A stretch of DNA of 64,000 bases from assembly GCF_006345805.1 (NCBI RefSeq), contig NC_042997.1, forward strand, positions 98,084,001 to 98,148,000, given 5' to 3'. The DNA is from Octopus sinensis (lineage: Eukaryota). The position numbers and the translations under genes are program-made. The notes under the pieces are model-generated. The model was not told the origin of the DNA. It did no database searches and saw nothing but the letters and a program-made list of their open reading frames with translations. Position 1 is the first letter of the stretch. Every line of letters starts with the position of its first letter. Shown piece after piece: positions 41,001 to 53,611 of the stretch.

Positions 41001-41789
41001 GATAATTATGGTTTGAACGTCTTTGATTACAACATTTAGTTGATCGAGTCTGACTTTTCCCTAAACAAGAACAACGACAAATATTATTTTCAAGTCCCGG
41101 TGTATCATGAAATACTGAGACGCAAAGCATATCTGGATGATATTCATATTTTAGTATGATACAATTCCTCGTGACATTGAATCTTTAAAGGCGACAAAGT
41201 GCAGGCATCTCATTAATTTCACTTTTATACAAGAATTCAAAAGTAAACTGTTGCAAAACGCTATACAGGTGATGATTTAGTTTTGTGAAAAACAGCAAAT
41301 AATAGAAGCACTACAAATGCAAGATTATTAGAGAAACAAATGAATTTGTTGCGCATCATCTCTGCAACAATGCCAATTAGAAATTAGAATTACGTGTGGA
41401 ATGTGCACAAAAGAGACAAAATTTGTTATCGAACTAAGAATTACACGCCCCCACACTCACAGGCACACACAGAGAAGCACACACAGAGAGGCACACACAC
41501 ACATACACACACATTGTGTGTCTGCATTGATATGATAAAATATATGTGTATGTACTGTAAAATCGAGTTCTTCCTTTGTTACAATCACCTAATCGGGATC
41601 GTTTCCTCTCTTTGTATACACGCACACACTTTGCATACATGCATATATACATACACACATATACAGAAACACAAACACACGCACACGCATACGCACAACA
41701 GGCTTCTAACTATCAATTTGCACTCAGTATCTCACAAGGTGTTTATCAACTGAAAGCTCTTATAGCCTTAAATATCGGTTGTTAGTTCA

Positions 41790-42780
41790 AGCTAGACTGT
41801 TTGATTATCAAAGTTAGAGTCGCTTTGAAGATTTCTCCTAACATAGCCATGCATAAACTTCTGTTGATACCCCGAAAACCTTTCAAATGAAGATATGTTC
41901 CGCTGAAACAGCAATCTCCTTGTGCATGTTTCCCTAGTCATTACACAGGTGATACTTCTAAGGCACTTCTTTACAATTCTCACGAGGTTTCATGACTAAT
42001 TTTTGAATACTTGATTTCCTGCAGTTATTAGATTTTCTTCGGTGTTATAAGGCTGTTTGAATCTATGGGAAACTTCTTCCTCCTTATTTTAAGTTTAAGT
42101 ATAGGCATTCTACATCACGGTTGATGCGGAAATTTCTTGTATTATTTAATAACTGTCTTTCATATTTTATCCAATCGAGTTATCCAAAATGCTGTTAATA
42201 GTGCAGAGTATAGCAAACATTGTATGTTACTAATTTTTGTGTGTGCTGAGAATTCTGAGTGCTATATCATCTGGTTACGTGAACCTCGCTACAAGTTCAG
42301 TCACAAGATATATGTTCCTCTATCTCTGTCGCATAGCTCATCAGAAAACATAGATATAGGCAGGCTAGTGATGGAAATGGCACCGAACTTGGCTTTTAGC
42401 ATTCACTCATTTTACAATCAGGATACTTTAACTTTTGTGAATGCTGTGTCTAAGTTTACATTCTTTTTCGTGCGATTCATATTCTTGGCATATACTTTCA
42501 AGTTGTTTACAAAAAACTGTGTAGCAGGCTGGTGTTTCTACCTTCCTGTAAGTTTTCAGATTTCCCCAACAAAAAGGGTCAGTGTGATACTGTATACATC
42601 ATTGGATGTATACAATATTACACTGAGCACTTCCTGTATTTAACTACAGGTGGTTGCCCTAGGACAGAGCCACGTTGTCAATAAGCCTTGAATATCGCCG
42701 CTGGAAAGTTAGCAAGTCCATGGAAGGGTTAGCACAAACCTGTATGGAACAGAATCCAACGTTTCCTTGTTATACAGTGA
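41790..42780 (-). mobile_element. Decayed R4/Dong-type reverse transcriptase fragment
   Basis: Minus strand, in order: TLDSVPY (cf. AFDSVPH), FVNNLKVYAKN (cf. FMDDLKLYAK), DVECLYLNLK*GGR (cf. DV.RLYL.R..GGRG), MHGY. Confidence 0.75.
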
Positions 42781-42839
42781 ATAAACTAAATACTATGTCA
42801 CTAGACTCCTGGCATCACAGTTTTAGTTAACTGGAAATT

Positions 42840-43330
42840 TGTCAAAAGGGGAGATAATCTCAACAATCAAGAATTGTCAACTATACAGTTCAAACCTTCC
42901 TCCGCCACTCACTCCACATTCCAATTACCTTCCCTGTGCTTCGTGCTCGCACCCATCTCCTCACATACACGCTTTCTTCGCACACAATAGTTACACACAA
43001 GAATACCACTCATCTTCCCTAACCCACATCACTATATTTCCTCATATGTACACTTTTACGCATATCTCTTCCTGCTAAAAAAAACATGCACCCATCCCTC
43101 ACCTCTTATAGTTTCCTCCAGTACAAATACACACATACATCTTTTTACACTCGATCCCATCCTTGGAACCGCATTTCCAACTAATTCCTACTTCTTCGAG
43201 TGTTTTTATCTTCTCTCTCGCTGGCAATTACTCTTTCTCGTTCCTTCTATGATCTATTTTGCGTCTGATAAAAGACTGGTGCCCGAAACGTCAAGACTCT
43301 CTTTCCAGTAGAGCGTTAAGCTAATACCAT
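42840..43330 (+). mobile_element. Penelope-type pyrimidine-rich terminal region with hammerhead-like motif
   Basis: CTGATAA-A-AGACTGGTGCCC-GAAAC-GTC at 43265-43292, followed by GAGCGTTAAGCTAATAC. Confidence 0.5.
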
Positions 43331-43389
43331 ATGCGTGTACGCGTGTGTGTAGGTATGTATATACATACATACATACATACATACATATA

Positions 43390-43452
<63 letters not shown>

Positions 43453-44480
43453 GTACATATATATATATGTGTGTGTGTGTATGTATGTATGTATATTTAT
43501 CCCGTACAGCCAAACATGCACGAACTTGCATATAGTGTATGCATAGACATACATGCATGCGCATATTGTATACAACACATAGACAGACATATTGTAAAGT
43601 ACTATATTTTAATATGGCTCTTTTATGTGCTATATTTCTAAATATTTGTACATCATTTGCTTCCAGTATAAACATGAAAAATTACAATAGATATTATTGG
43701 ATATGACACTTATGCTTTTCATACACACATGCATGCATCCATAAATGCATACACATACGAATACATTCATGCTTACATACGGAAATATGCTTACACACAG
43801 AGCATGCTGAATTATCGCGAAGAGAGACGCAGTGATAGATTGATAGTTAACCGCTAGCTAGATAGATGAGAAGATAAACCGAAAGGTACATAAAAATGAG
43901 AGAGGAAAATAAATTGCGGCAGAGAAAGAGATAAAGGTAGAGAGAGATAAAAAAGGAAGAAGAATTATGAACTACAAAAAATTCTTTAAAAATCATTGCT
44001 CCTCTTTGGTTTCTGTTTTTCCCTTTCCTCACTTCCGATCGATTTATTTCTAAGTGCGGCATTTCAGAAGCTACATCAAGACGATCACGGTGATTTTTGT
44101 TTCGTGGTTTCGTAAACTCTTCTTGTAGTTTTTTTTTACTCGTTTTGTTGTTGTTCCTGGAGTTGTTGTTATTGTTGTAAAAAAATGGTTGGTTCCTTTG
44201 ATAATATGAAAGCTGTTATTGTTATTGCTTTAGCACTAAGAAACAGATATTCATTTAACCAGACCTATTCTTACACATGCATGCATGCATACATACATAC
44301 ATACATACATAAACACACGTACTCTTTCTCTCTTTCTCCCTCTCTGCCTCACACAGATACATATGTACGTAGTGTGTAGCTGGGAACTTTACTCTGAACA
44401 TATTGTTCATGGAAAACTTTGCGTGTGTCCTAGAATGTTTGCTTTCATACTTTCGCCTGTGTGTGTGTGTGTGTGTGGTG

Positions 44481-44545
<65 letters not shown>

Positions 44546-44719
44546 TGTGTGTGTATATATACATTTGTCTTTCGTTATGTGCGTTATGTTTGTGTACATG
44601 TGTGTATGTAAAAACTGCTGAATAATTAAGAAATTGTGAGTCCCGAGTAAATACACCACTGCGAGACACCTTGGACAGTATTCTTGGACTTTATCTTTTA
44701 TCCTACGTTGGTAGATAAC

Positions 44720-44936
44720 GTAGGGGCTAAACACAGAGGGGACAAACAAGGACAGACAAACGGATTAAATCGATTACATCGACACCAGTGCGTAACCGGT
44801 ACTTAATTTATCGACCCCGAAAGGGTGAAAGGCAAAGTCGACCTCGGCGGAATTTGAACTCACAACGTAACGGCAGACGAAATACCGCTAAGCATTTCGC
44901 CCACCGTCCTAACGATTCTGCCAGCTCGCCGCCTTA
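44720..44936 (-). mobile_element. Young family A SINE with perfect 16-bp TSD
   Basis: TACGTTGGTAGATAAC at 44704-44719 and 44937-44952. Confidence 0.93.
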
Positions 44937-45329
44937 TACGTTGGTAGATAACATGAATACCAAGCATGTACTGAAACAAATTTAATCGAATGACAGTCTT
45001 GTGGTATTAGGACTATGTTACCAGATCAGTAAATAAGCAATATTACTTGAGGTTCGAAGAGAAATCATACGATATTTGTTGTATAACTCTAAGTTCTTAT
45101 TTCAAATCTTGCCGAGATCGAATTCGCTTTACATTCTTTCAGGATTGACAAATTAAGTTCCAGTTTAGAAATGTATTATATCTCATCATTAAAGAGGACA
45201 CTGGGTTGCAGACTAGGTAAGCCGGAAGAGCTTGTCACATTTAATTACATTTCGTTACCTTCTCAGTTCGAAAACCACCGAAATATACTGTCTCCCAAAC
45301 TTTGCTTATATTATTTCTGACTTAGGCAA

Positions 45330-45537
45330 AGCGGCGAGCTGGCAGAATCGATAGCACACTGGACGAAATGTTTAGCAGTATTTCGCCGGTCGCGTCGTTC
45401 TAAGTTCAAATTCCGTCGAGGCCGACTTTGCCTTTGATCCTTTCGGGGTCGATAAATTAGGTACCAGTTGAGTACTGAGGTCGATGTAATCGACTTAATC
45501 CCTCCCCCAAAATCTCAGGCCTTGTGCCCATAGTAGA
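45330..45537 (+). mobile_element. Family A SINE (tail type 1)
   Basis: GGCGAGCTGGCAGAATCG..GTTCAAATTCC..Meta-like core..CCCCAAAATCTCAGGCCTTGTGCC. Confidence 0.88.
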
Positions 45538-45974
45538 GACTAGGGTAATGGCTAGTAATATTGAAGGCTGGAGACTAATCTATTACGTCAATTCCAATAT
45601 TTGACTGGTACTGCATTCCAACGTATCCGTAAAGATGAAACGCAAAGCTAACCTCGGTGGGATTTCAATTTAATAGTCACCTAAGAAGGAGGGGAGACAA
45701 AGTTGACTCACGACGAAATTTAAATTCAAAACAGAGGAATGTGACTAAAATGTCTTCGAACTAGCGAGTGAACCTTTACATAGTCAGCTTACTTGCTAGA
45801 AATAGCACCTAATCACCTTCAAATAATGCCCTGCCAGCTTAGGTAACATAATCCTAAGGACTCTTAAAATGGCGGGATGATCACGGCTGGATTGCTTTTC
45901 ATCTAGGATGATCTAGCCTTAAGGAACAATAACAACTTCAGCAATGCCTTGTGTCTGGTCTAAAGATATATTTC

Positions 45975-46376
45975 GGCGAGCTGGCAGAATCGTTAGCACG
46001 CCGGGCGAAATGCCTAGCGGTATTTCGTCTGCCGTTACGTTCTGAGTTCAAGTTCCGCCGTTGTCGACTTTGCCTTTCATGCTTTCGAGGTCGATAAATT
46101 AAGTACCAGTTACGCACTGGGGTCGATATAATCGACTTAATCCGTCTGTCTGCCCTTGTTTTCTCTCTCTGTGTTTAGCCCCTTGTGGGTAGTAAAGAAA
46201 TAGGTATTTCGTCTGTTGCTATGTTCTGAGTTTAAATTCCGCCGAAGTCGACTTTGCTTTTCATCATTTCGGGGTCGATAAATTAAGTACCAGTCAAGTA
46301 CTGGGAACGATGTGATCGATTATCCCCCACCTCACAAAATTCCAGGCTTTGTGCCGATAGCAGAAAGGATTATTAT
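45975..46376 (+). mobile_element. Dimeric family A SINE
   Basis: Full unit with tail type 2 joined at ~46203 (AGTAAAGAAATA|GGTATTTCGTC) to a head-truncated unit with tail type 1. Confidence 0.9.
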
Positions 46377-46394
46377 ACAAGGAAATTTATTGAT

Positions 46395-46600
46395 ATTTAG
46401 CCCCAGGTCAACCACGACCGAACAGACCTGTGATCAAAGCTGTTCCAATAGTAACCATGTAAATTGTTATTGATTATCCACGACTTTATTTTTATAATAT
46501 ATTTTTCAAGTGCTTTATTTTTTCCAAGACGATAGGTATTATTTGAAATAAATTTGGTTATTTGTAGTACGTCGAGTGATCACGAGAGGCTCCTACGATC
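46395..46600. repeat. Dispersed repeat family D (unclassified, probably retroposon-derived)
   Basis: Related AGCCCCAGGTCA..GATCAAAG and ATTTGG(C/T)T..TTCTAG motifs recur at ~8480-8525, 33895-33960, 45770-45930, 49480-49680 and 49820-49875. Confidence 0.45.
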
Positions 46601-46843
46601 ATTCGAAGAAATTTGGTTATTTTCTGGGTGATGTTCTTTTCGTATAATTTAGCCTTTCATCTTTTATAAAAGTTATCTGTCAAGCTATTTCAGTACCAAT
46701 TTACTCGAATATAAACATAAATGATTATAACCAGCACTGGGTTTACAATTATAATCAATTTAACACATATGTTTAGCAGAAGTTGTAAATTACTCTAAAG
46801 CCGTTTATCTATTACGTGTGTGTATGTGTGGGTGTGTGCTTCC

Positions 46844-46891
<48 letters not shown>

Positions 46892-49800
46892 ATGTATGTA
46901 TGTATGTATGTATGTATGTATGTATGTATGTATGTATGAATTTGTGTATGTATATATGTATTGCACTTATAAAAGCAAATTTGGAATTTTATAAGATTTA
47001 AACCGGAAAGATTCAGAGCATCTAAAGTTGCGGCAAAATGTTGGAATAATTTTAACATTGATAAATTTGTTCTGCTCAGGTAATTGACCGAGTTTATTTA
47101 TTTGTTTACGTTTTCGATGGTCATTTATATTCTGTAATGATATTATAGAATGCTTTGTTAGATTAATATATCAGGCATACTTTTCCCTCAGAAAAATTTC
47201 CAAAATAGCAGTTATAACGATGTTTCTAAACAACCAGACCAAATTTCATTATGATGAACTTATATTTAGAATTTCAACTCTAAATTGAATATTACTTTTT
47301 GCCTCAATACAAGTTTGATCTTAAAAATGTAATCAGATACTGACTTCATGTTAGTCTTAAGCAATTTGAACAGTGCCAAAACTTTATTTTTACTTTCATT
47401 AAAGAATAGAATGTCTTTGTAGGCGTCATTAGTCATCCGTTATAAATGTTTGATATAGACAATTAGAGATGAAAGAAGTGACAGATTCCAATTTACAAGT
47501 CAGGCAAAACAATTTCTTTTATACAAAGAAAACAGCATATAAATAATTGTATGTTGGAATGACTGACTTAAACAAATATCTTGCGTACATGTCCATGACC
47601 TCTTGCACTAAAATCTGTAATGAAAGCGAATCCATCACACTAGACATGAAAAGTTACAATCAATTTTTGACATGAAAACATGCTAAGTAAATTGTCCGCG
47701 AATAGCATTCCAATCTAATTACTTAAATAGTTATCTTCTCAATACGTTGTACACGTCGATGGACAATGATTTTCACCACATATTGTAAACCCCACTCAAT
47801 CCTCGAGGATATTTCATATCATCTCTCTGCGTTATTAATATTATCTACTCTATTGATCCTACTCACATATACTTCGTCCGATAGCACGCCATTTTCCATT
47901 CACTTTCTCTTCAACTTGTAACATGTTATACACTTATAACCTCGAAAGCTCAAGGCTACGCTAACTAAGGAGTTAATCAACATTTTCAACAGGATACATT
48001 ATCGTAGCAATACTTAAAAATCAAAATAGAAGCATTTTATCGCGGAAATTATATCTCTTCAAACCACTCTACGGATAAACAATTGATATCTTGAGATACC
48101 ACCAAAGACTTCTCAAAAATAAAGGATAGAACACAAAGTTGAAATTATAAAGCTGCTTCTTGTATTTTTGCTATTAGAAAGAGCTCCTTCTCAATGTAAC
48201 TAAAGAAACTTTAAATGAATTATTTTTAGGGAAAATAAATAAATAATAATTGAGCATTAACCGTCTTAGACTGGTACTATACTTAAGCACAACATTTTAT
48301 GAAGTTTTATAGTCTATATCTGGCAAAAAGAAAACAAGAACTGCTTGATCAGCTGAAATATTAACTCATATTTATGAAAAATAGTAAGTCAGACAGGTAC
48401 TGAATCGCACGTCCTTAACCATCAATAATCTCTACTTCACTGGTTGGTCTTACTCTGTTTCCTCTCCATCATTCAGTGCTATTTTCAAATTCTTAGCTCG
48501 TAACCATTCACACTTCTTGAACATCATCATACTCTTCCTTTCCGTCATCATTTAATCTACTTTACGTTATTGCATTTTCAACGTCATCATATTGAACATT
48601 TTGACCAATATTTCCCAGCTTGCTCCTAAACATATATAAAAATTCTACACATCACACTTCCTTCTCCAAACCAACGTATTTCAGTTTAAAATGAAGTAAC
48701 TGTACTCGTTTATTTTAAAACATAAATCTCTACTCTGCACCAGTGCTCCACACAACCATAGTATCATTCCAAATGAAATCAACAAAATTTTCTGACTGTC
48801 ATCTATCACGTATCAAGCACAAGCCTCAACAAAGCGTACAAATGTCCAAAAGTATAGTTCCATCCAACGCAAGAACTGATATTAGCGAATAATCCAACAA
48901 GCACAATACATTCAGTAGTTTGCTCCCTTACACTAGTTTTTCATTGTGTTTGAGTCGTATTTTATGAATGAAAATCTTTCATGAGTACAAATTTTTATGC
49001 GTAATACTCTTTTCGTTTGAAAAGGCGTTTCTCCGAAGAATATTAACTTTATTACTTTTCTTGATGCTTATTGTATGTTTAGTTGTATAGCACACTTGTT
49101 TTTCCTGTTAACAGGGATTTTGCCATAAGTCCTGACACAAACGAATGCGAAGATTGCTTATTAATGTAGAAGATATTTCTTAGAACATCAGTTGCGAGAA
49201 CTCTTTTGCTGAATAATATATCAAAAGCTTTCGTAATTGGTTCCAGTTATTTATGTATTTATTTATTTTTATTTGACATGATCCATATTAATACCTAAGC
49301 GGTTACAGCATAATCTTAATGTTACGTTTATAGTTTGTCTGAAGGGAACTGATAGCTAGAAAAACTTTAAACAAGGAATTAAATCCTGCTTATGAAAACC
49401 GTTTTATCTGTTACCATGTTACCACAAATAAACTTTATTAGTTATCATATAGATAGCGTAAAGCTGGCTCTGTTGTGTTTATTCCCTGGTCATCTTGCAG
49501 TGAAAGAGTAGTCTTGTAATCGAGTACGATCCAGCCATGACAATCCCCATTTGATCTTTAGAAATAGTTTATCCAGTTCTAAATTATAAAATACGATTTT
49601 TATTTTAAGAGGAATATTTGGCTGCTACTTCTAGCATGCTAAGTAGCCAGTGAAAGAGTCTTTCTCTTATTGGCTCCGTGATGTAGGACAGTCATTACGT
49701 GGACTTGCAGACATCAAAGTCGTGAAATAATTCCCTCTCCAAACTAGTTTCAATTTGATTTATTACATGCATATACAGTTACCATTAAAATGGATTTCAA

Positions 49801-50109
49801 GTGAAGTTAAAGCACCAATAGAGAAGCCATTTCACGGTCGCATGACCGGTTAGAAGTGGCAGCCAAATATCTGTCAGTTAAAACTCTCTAAAGAAAAAAA
49901 ATAAAGTCCCGTTAAATATACGACATTTGAAAAACGAGACATTATGGTCAGTACACAGCACATTTGATTGTAGACCTTTACAATCAGGGATGTCCTGAAG
50001 TTAAACAAGAACAAAAGCTTTAATGCATATAAAATTAAAAAAAAACAATTTGTTATAACGTCAGGAATAACCATATTTCATACTTGTCATACAAGTTATA
50101 ACACACAAA

Positions 50110-50790
50110 ACATGTATAATAATGATTTCTAATTTTGGCACAAGGTTAGCAGCATTAGAAACGGGATAAGTCGATTACATTGATCCCAGTGCTCGAATGG
50201 TACTTATTTCATCGACCCTGAAAGGCAAAGTCGATCTCGGCAAAATTTGATCTCAGAACGAGAAAACGAACTAAATGTTGTTAAGCCTTTTGCCCGTTCT
50301 GCCAGTTCGCTGCCCTTGAATAATAATAACAACCAAAACAACAATATATAAAAGTAACATACAGAGAATGTGTTACATAATACGAATAAAGATGTAAGAT
50401 AAAGATAAACGCGACAGGAATTGAAATTAGAATGACAACGATGAACTCTATGTAATTTGAACTCAGAATGTAAAGAGTTGGAACAAATACATCAAGGCAT
50501 TTTTCTGACATTCTAAGGTTCTGCTCTCTTGTCGCCTACAGTGAATGATGTAATTATAAATAATTGATGAAGAGGCCGTCAACAATGTATACTCTATCTG
50601 TTTGAAGGCCAAAGTGACAGAATCGTTAGCGCACCAGACAAAATGCTTAGCGGTATTTTGTCCATCTTTACACTCTGAGTTCAAATTCTGCTGAGGCCTT
50701 TCACCCCTTCAGGACCAATGAAATAAACAGCAAATATGTACTGGGGTTGATGTAAAAGATTTGCGCCCTTCGACAAAATTTCAGGCCCTG
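50110..50790. mobile_element. Cluster of three diverged family A SINE pieces (two minus, one plus)
   Basis: 50110-50320 (-), 50440-50520 (-) and 50600-50790 (+), all homologous to the family A body. Confidence 0.7.
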
Positions 50791-51796
50791 TTAGAAGTGC
50801 GTGGTTGTGGTTTCTAAACAATATACCGATATATCAGGTTCATAATACTTAGACATAATAAAACAAGAACAGAAGCGAAAGGGATGAAGTATGATTTGAT
50901 ACCATGGTGCTGAAGTTGACCACGTAGAAACAGTAGCTCGGTAATTCTTGTCTGTCGCCCGGTACGATTAGTCTTGAGAACAATACCTATTCACGATAAA
51001 ATGACGACCACGTTATTTGTCTCAAACACCGATGGGTAACAATAACCGCTTGGCACAATTGAATACTTTCTCGATAATGGTGGTGGGTCTTCGTCGTTTA
51101 GTGATAAAGATTTAGTTATTCGAACTACTAAATAATCTGCTCCTGAATTAACGTTTAAGTGAACTGTTGAGCATTCCGCAGGTATGTGTGTCCTTAATGC
51201 AATTCCGAGGTAGAAATAACGTGATAAGTCATTGATAAGGCTGTATCTTTTGAATTACTGGTACAATTCATATGATGAGTTTGTAGACAATTTCAGTCTA
51301 TCCCATTTTTCTCAAAATATACATAGGTTGTTTTGAAGCCAGAGAAATAATATTATGCCCAACATTCTGCTTAGTGGGGTCAAACCTAGGACGTCTTGAC
51401 TACGAATCGAACTTATTAACCGTTCAGCTACATCACGCCTACACTTCCTTCAAATTAATTCCGTCTTTATAAGAAACTCAATTCTATCTCCCCTGAATAT
51501 TGTCGTCCAAATAATTGTTTCGTCTCGATGCAGCGACAGATTGCTGTTATGATATTTGTTACAGTTGAGAAAATTTGTTTGCAGAATTGCATGAAATAAA
51601 AAGAAAAAATGAGCGAAGTTGACTTAAAAACAAAGAAAAGGAAATGTTTTCAATACATCGATCCTTGTGTCCGACCTTCCCCTTGCAGACACAATAACAA
51701 AAAAAAAAAAAAGGATCTACATACAGAAAGAAGTTCGAAACCCCTTCTCCAAGGCAAAAAAAGAAAGAAAAAATGCAATTTGTATATGCTATTTAG

Positions 51797-52048
51797 TGAT
51801 GAACTGCTGGAGGAAACGGCAACTTGGGACATAAAAACTATTGAAACTAATGAATTTTATAACTTTATAGAGGGTCACAAGTGTGTGGCTCCTGATAAGA
51901 AACAAGAGGAAAAGATAAATTCATTTCAACTCGGATTTAATACTTGGGAGGTGAACTGCAGTTGGAACTTTCTTCCAAGTATTACAAAATACGAAAAGTG
52001 GTTGGAGGAGACGGGGATTGACCTGTTGGAAGGAACAGTATACAAAAG
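51797..52048 (+). other. Exon-like 252-nt open frame (or decayed LINE 3' end)
   Basis: AG..GT bounded (CTATTTAG|T, AAG|GTAGAA), symmetric phase 2-2, 84 stop-free codons with a complex amino-acid composition; no homolog recognised. Confidence 0.28.
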
Positions 52049-52809
52049 GTAGAAAATAAGGCCACTCGTAAGTGGGGCGAAGGGTTTCATTTACATTTTT
52101 CATATTCATATTGTAATTTACATTTTTGTTTTATATTTTATATTTTTTATGTTCCACATGTTTTATTGTTTTGTCCCTCTATGTTGGCTCTTTGTGGGCA
52201 ATAAAGAAAGTAATACATCGATCCTTATATCATTCCTATCGTTTGTTCTCATATTCTTATCAAGTCTAGGACACGTGAACCCAAAATATTGATATATATA
52301 TAGGAATAAATCTCATTTATTAAAACAAAATGCGGTGTCGACGACTTCTTGACTCAAGATTTCTGTTTTATTTTTTAAAATATTTCTAACAAAGTTTTCT
52401 CAAAACCAAACTAAGTAGTGTGTATCAGAATAACAATGTGAATTGACAAAAATAACCGAGTATCAAGGTAGAAAATAAGGCGGGTGTGTAGCCATAACGG
52501 GAATAAGAGAACGGATACTTACAGTTTTCAGTTTTGGAAGAAGACCATTAATTTTGATGGGAGGAAGAAAGTCTTGGCTTTTAATTTATTTTAGCGGCCT
52601 TAAAAGGAGAAAAGACAAAGTAGACTTCGCCGTAAAGAACCGGAAGAAATGCTGTTAGGCATTTTGTTCGATGAAATGAGGATTCTTCTGTAAAAAAGAT
52701 GCATAATAATAAGGTGGTAGAATATACAAAAATTTAGAAATATATATGGAGATGTACTTGCATAGCAAGTGACCTGATCTGAGATCGCATGCTGAAACAA
52801 AAATAATTG

Positions 52810-53069
52810 CAGCGTGGGAGGTGTTTATAAGCCATATAAAACACACACGAAAAACCGTTAGATTCACTCCATTTAAATTTAATTTGTCAAAATATTTTCG
52901 TCGCTTTGAGACCGCAACCTGTTCACTGACAAAATTCTGTGCTGCATCACAGTGAACTGGTCGCGGTCTCAAAGCGAAGAAAATATTTTGGCAAATTAGA
53001 TTTAAATGTTGAATTGAATCTAACGGTTTTTGTGTGTTTTTAAATGGCTTATAAATACCTTCCACGCTG
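52810..53069. mobile_element. Fold-back palindrome with ~119-bp arms and a 21-nt loop
   Basis: 52810-52928 is the near-perfect reverse complement of 52950-53069. Confidence 0.9.
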
Positions 53070-53544
53070 TAAAAATATATAGAATGGTTAATAATGACAG
53101 GTATACCAGAATGCCTGTGTGTCATAGCATATAGAAAATATGACAATTAAAAAATAAATGCAACAGAATCAGTTGAGATTTCTGATTCAAAGTATCTTAT
53201 ATATCTTAATGTGTTGTTGAGACACGTAAATTTTGTGTGATTAATCGTAGATTCCTAGCCATTAATAAATTCTTGATGACACCACTCAGTGCTTAACAAA
53301 AACAGAGCGCCTGAAATCGAATTTAGAACTAGGACACGAAACCAATTACAAAATTGATTAATTTTCTCGTTACATTTTGAAGGTGACGCGAAAAAAAACC
53401 TGAATTCAGAACCTTAAAGAAATATTAATTAAACAATCTCCAGCATATAAAAAAATGACGAGGAGAACCTATTCATCATGTTTTAATACCAGTTTATTTG
53501 AAAGAGACAGTGATAATTAATGCTTTATCAGTAAATGAAGTGCC

Positions 53545-53611
53545 ATGAAAACAATCAGGATGTCATGTCTTCAAATTACAATTCTTATTATTTCTAATAG
53601 CTTCTTTTTAG
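53545..53611 (+). CDS. Candidate first coding exon of a small signal-peptide-like ORF (MKTIRMSCLQITILIISNSFFL)
   Basis: GCCATG context, phase-1 end, consensus donor TAG|GTAAGT. Confidence 0.3.

Noticed and set aside
757-46937. Many ORFs rich in YI/HT/CV/ER dipeptides and the poly-Ser and poly-Met ORFs
   Set aside because: All coincide with di-, tri- or tetranucleotide microsatellites.
48400-48900. Possible very old RTE-like remnant on the minus strand
   Set aside because: Only a vague resemblance; no motif could be read convincingly.
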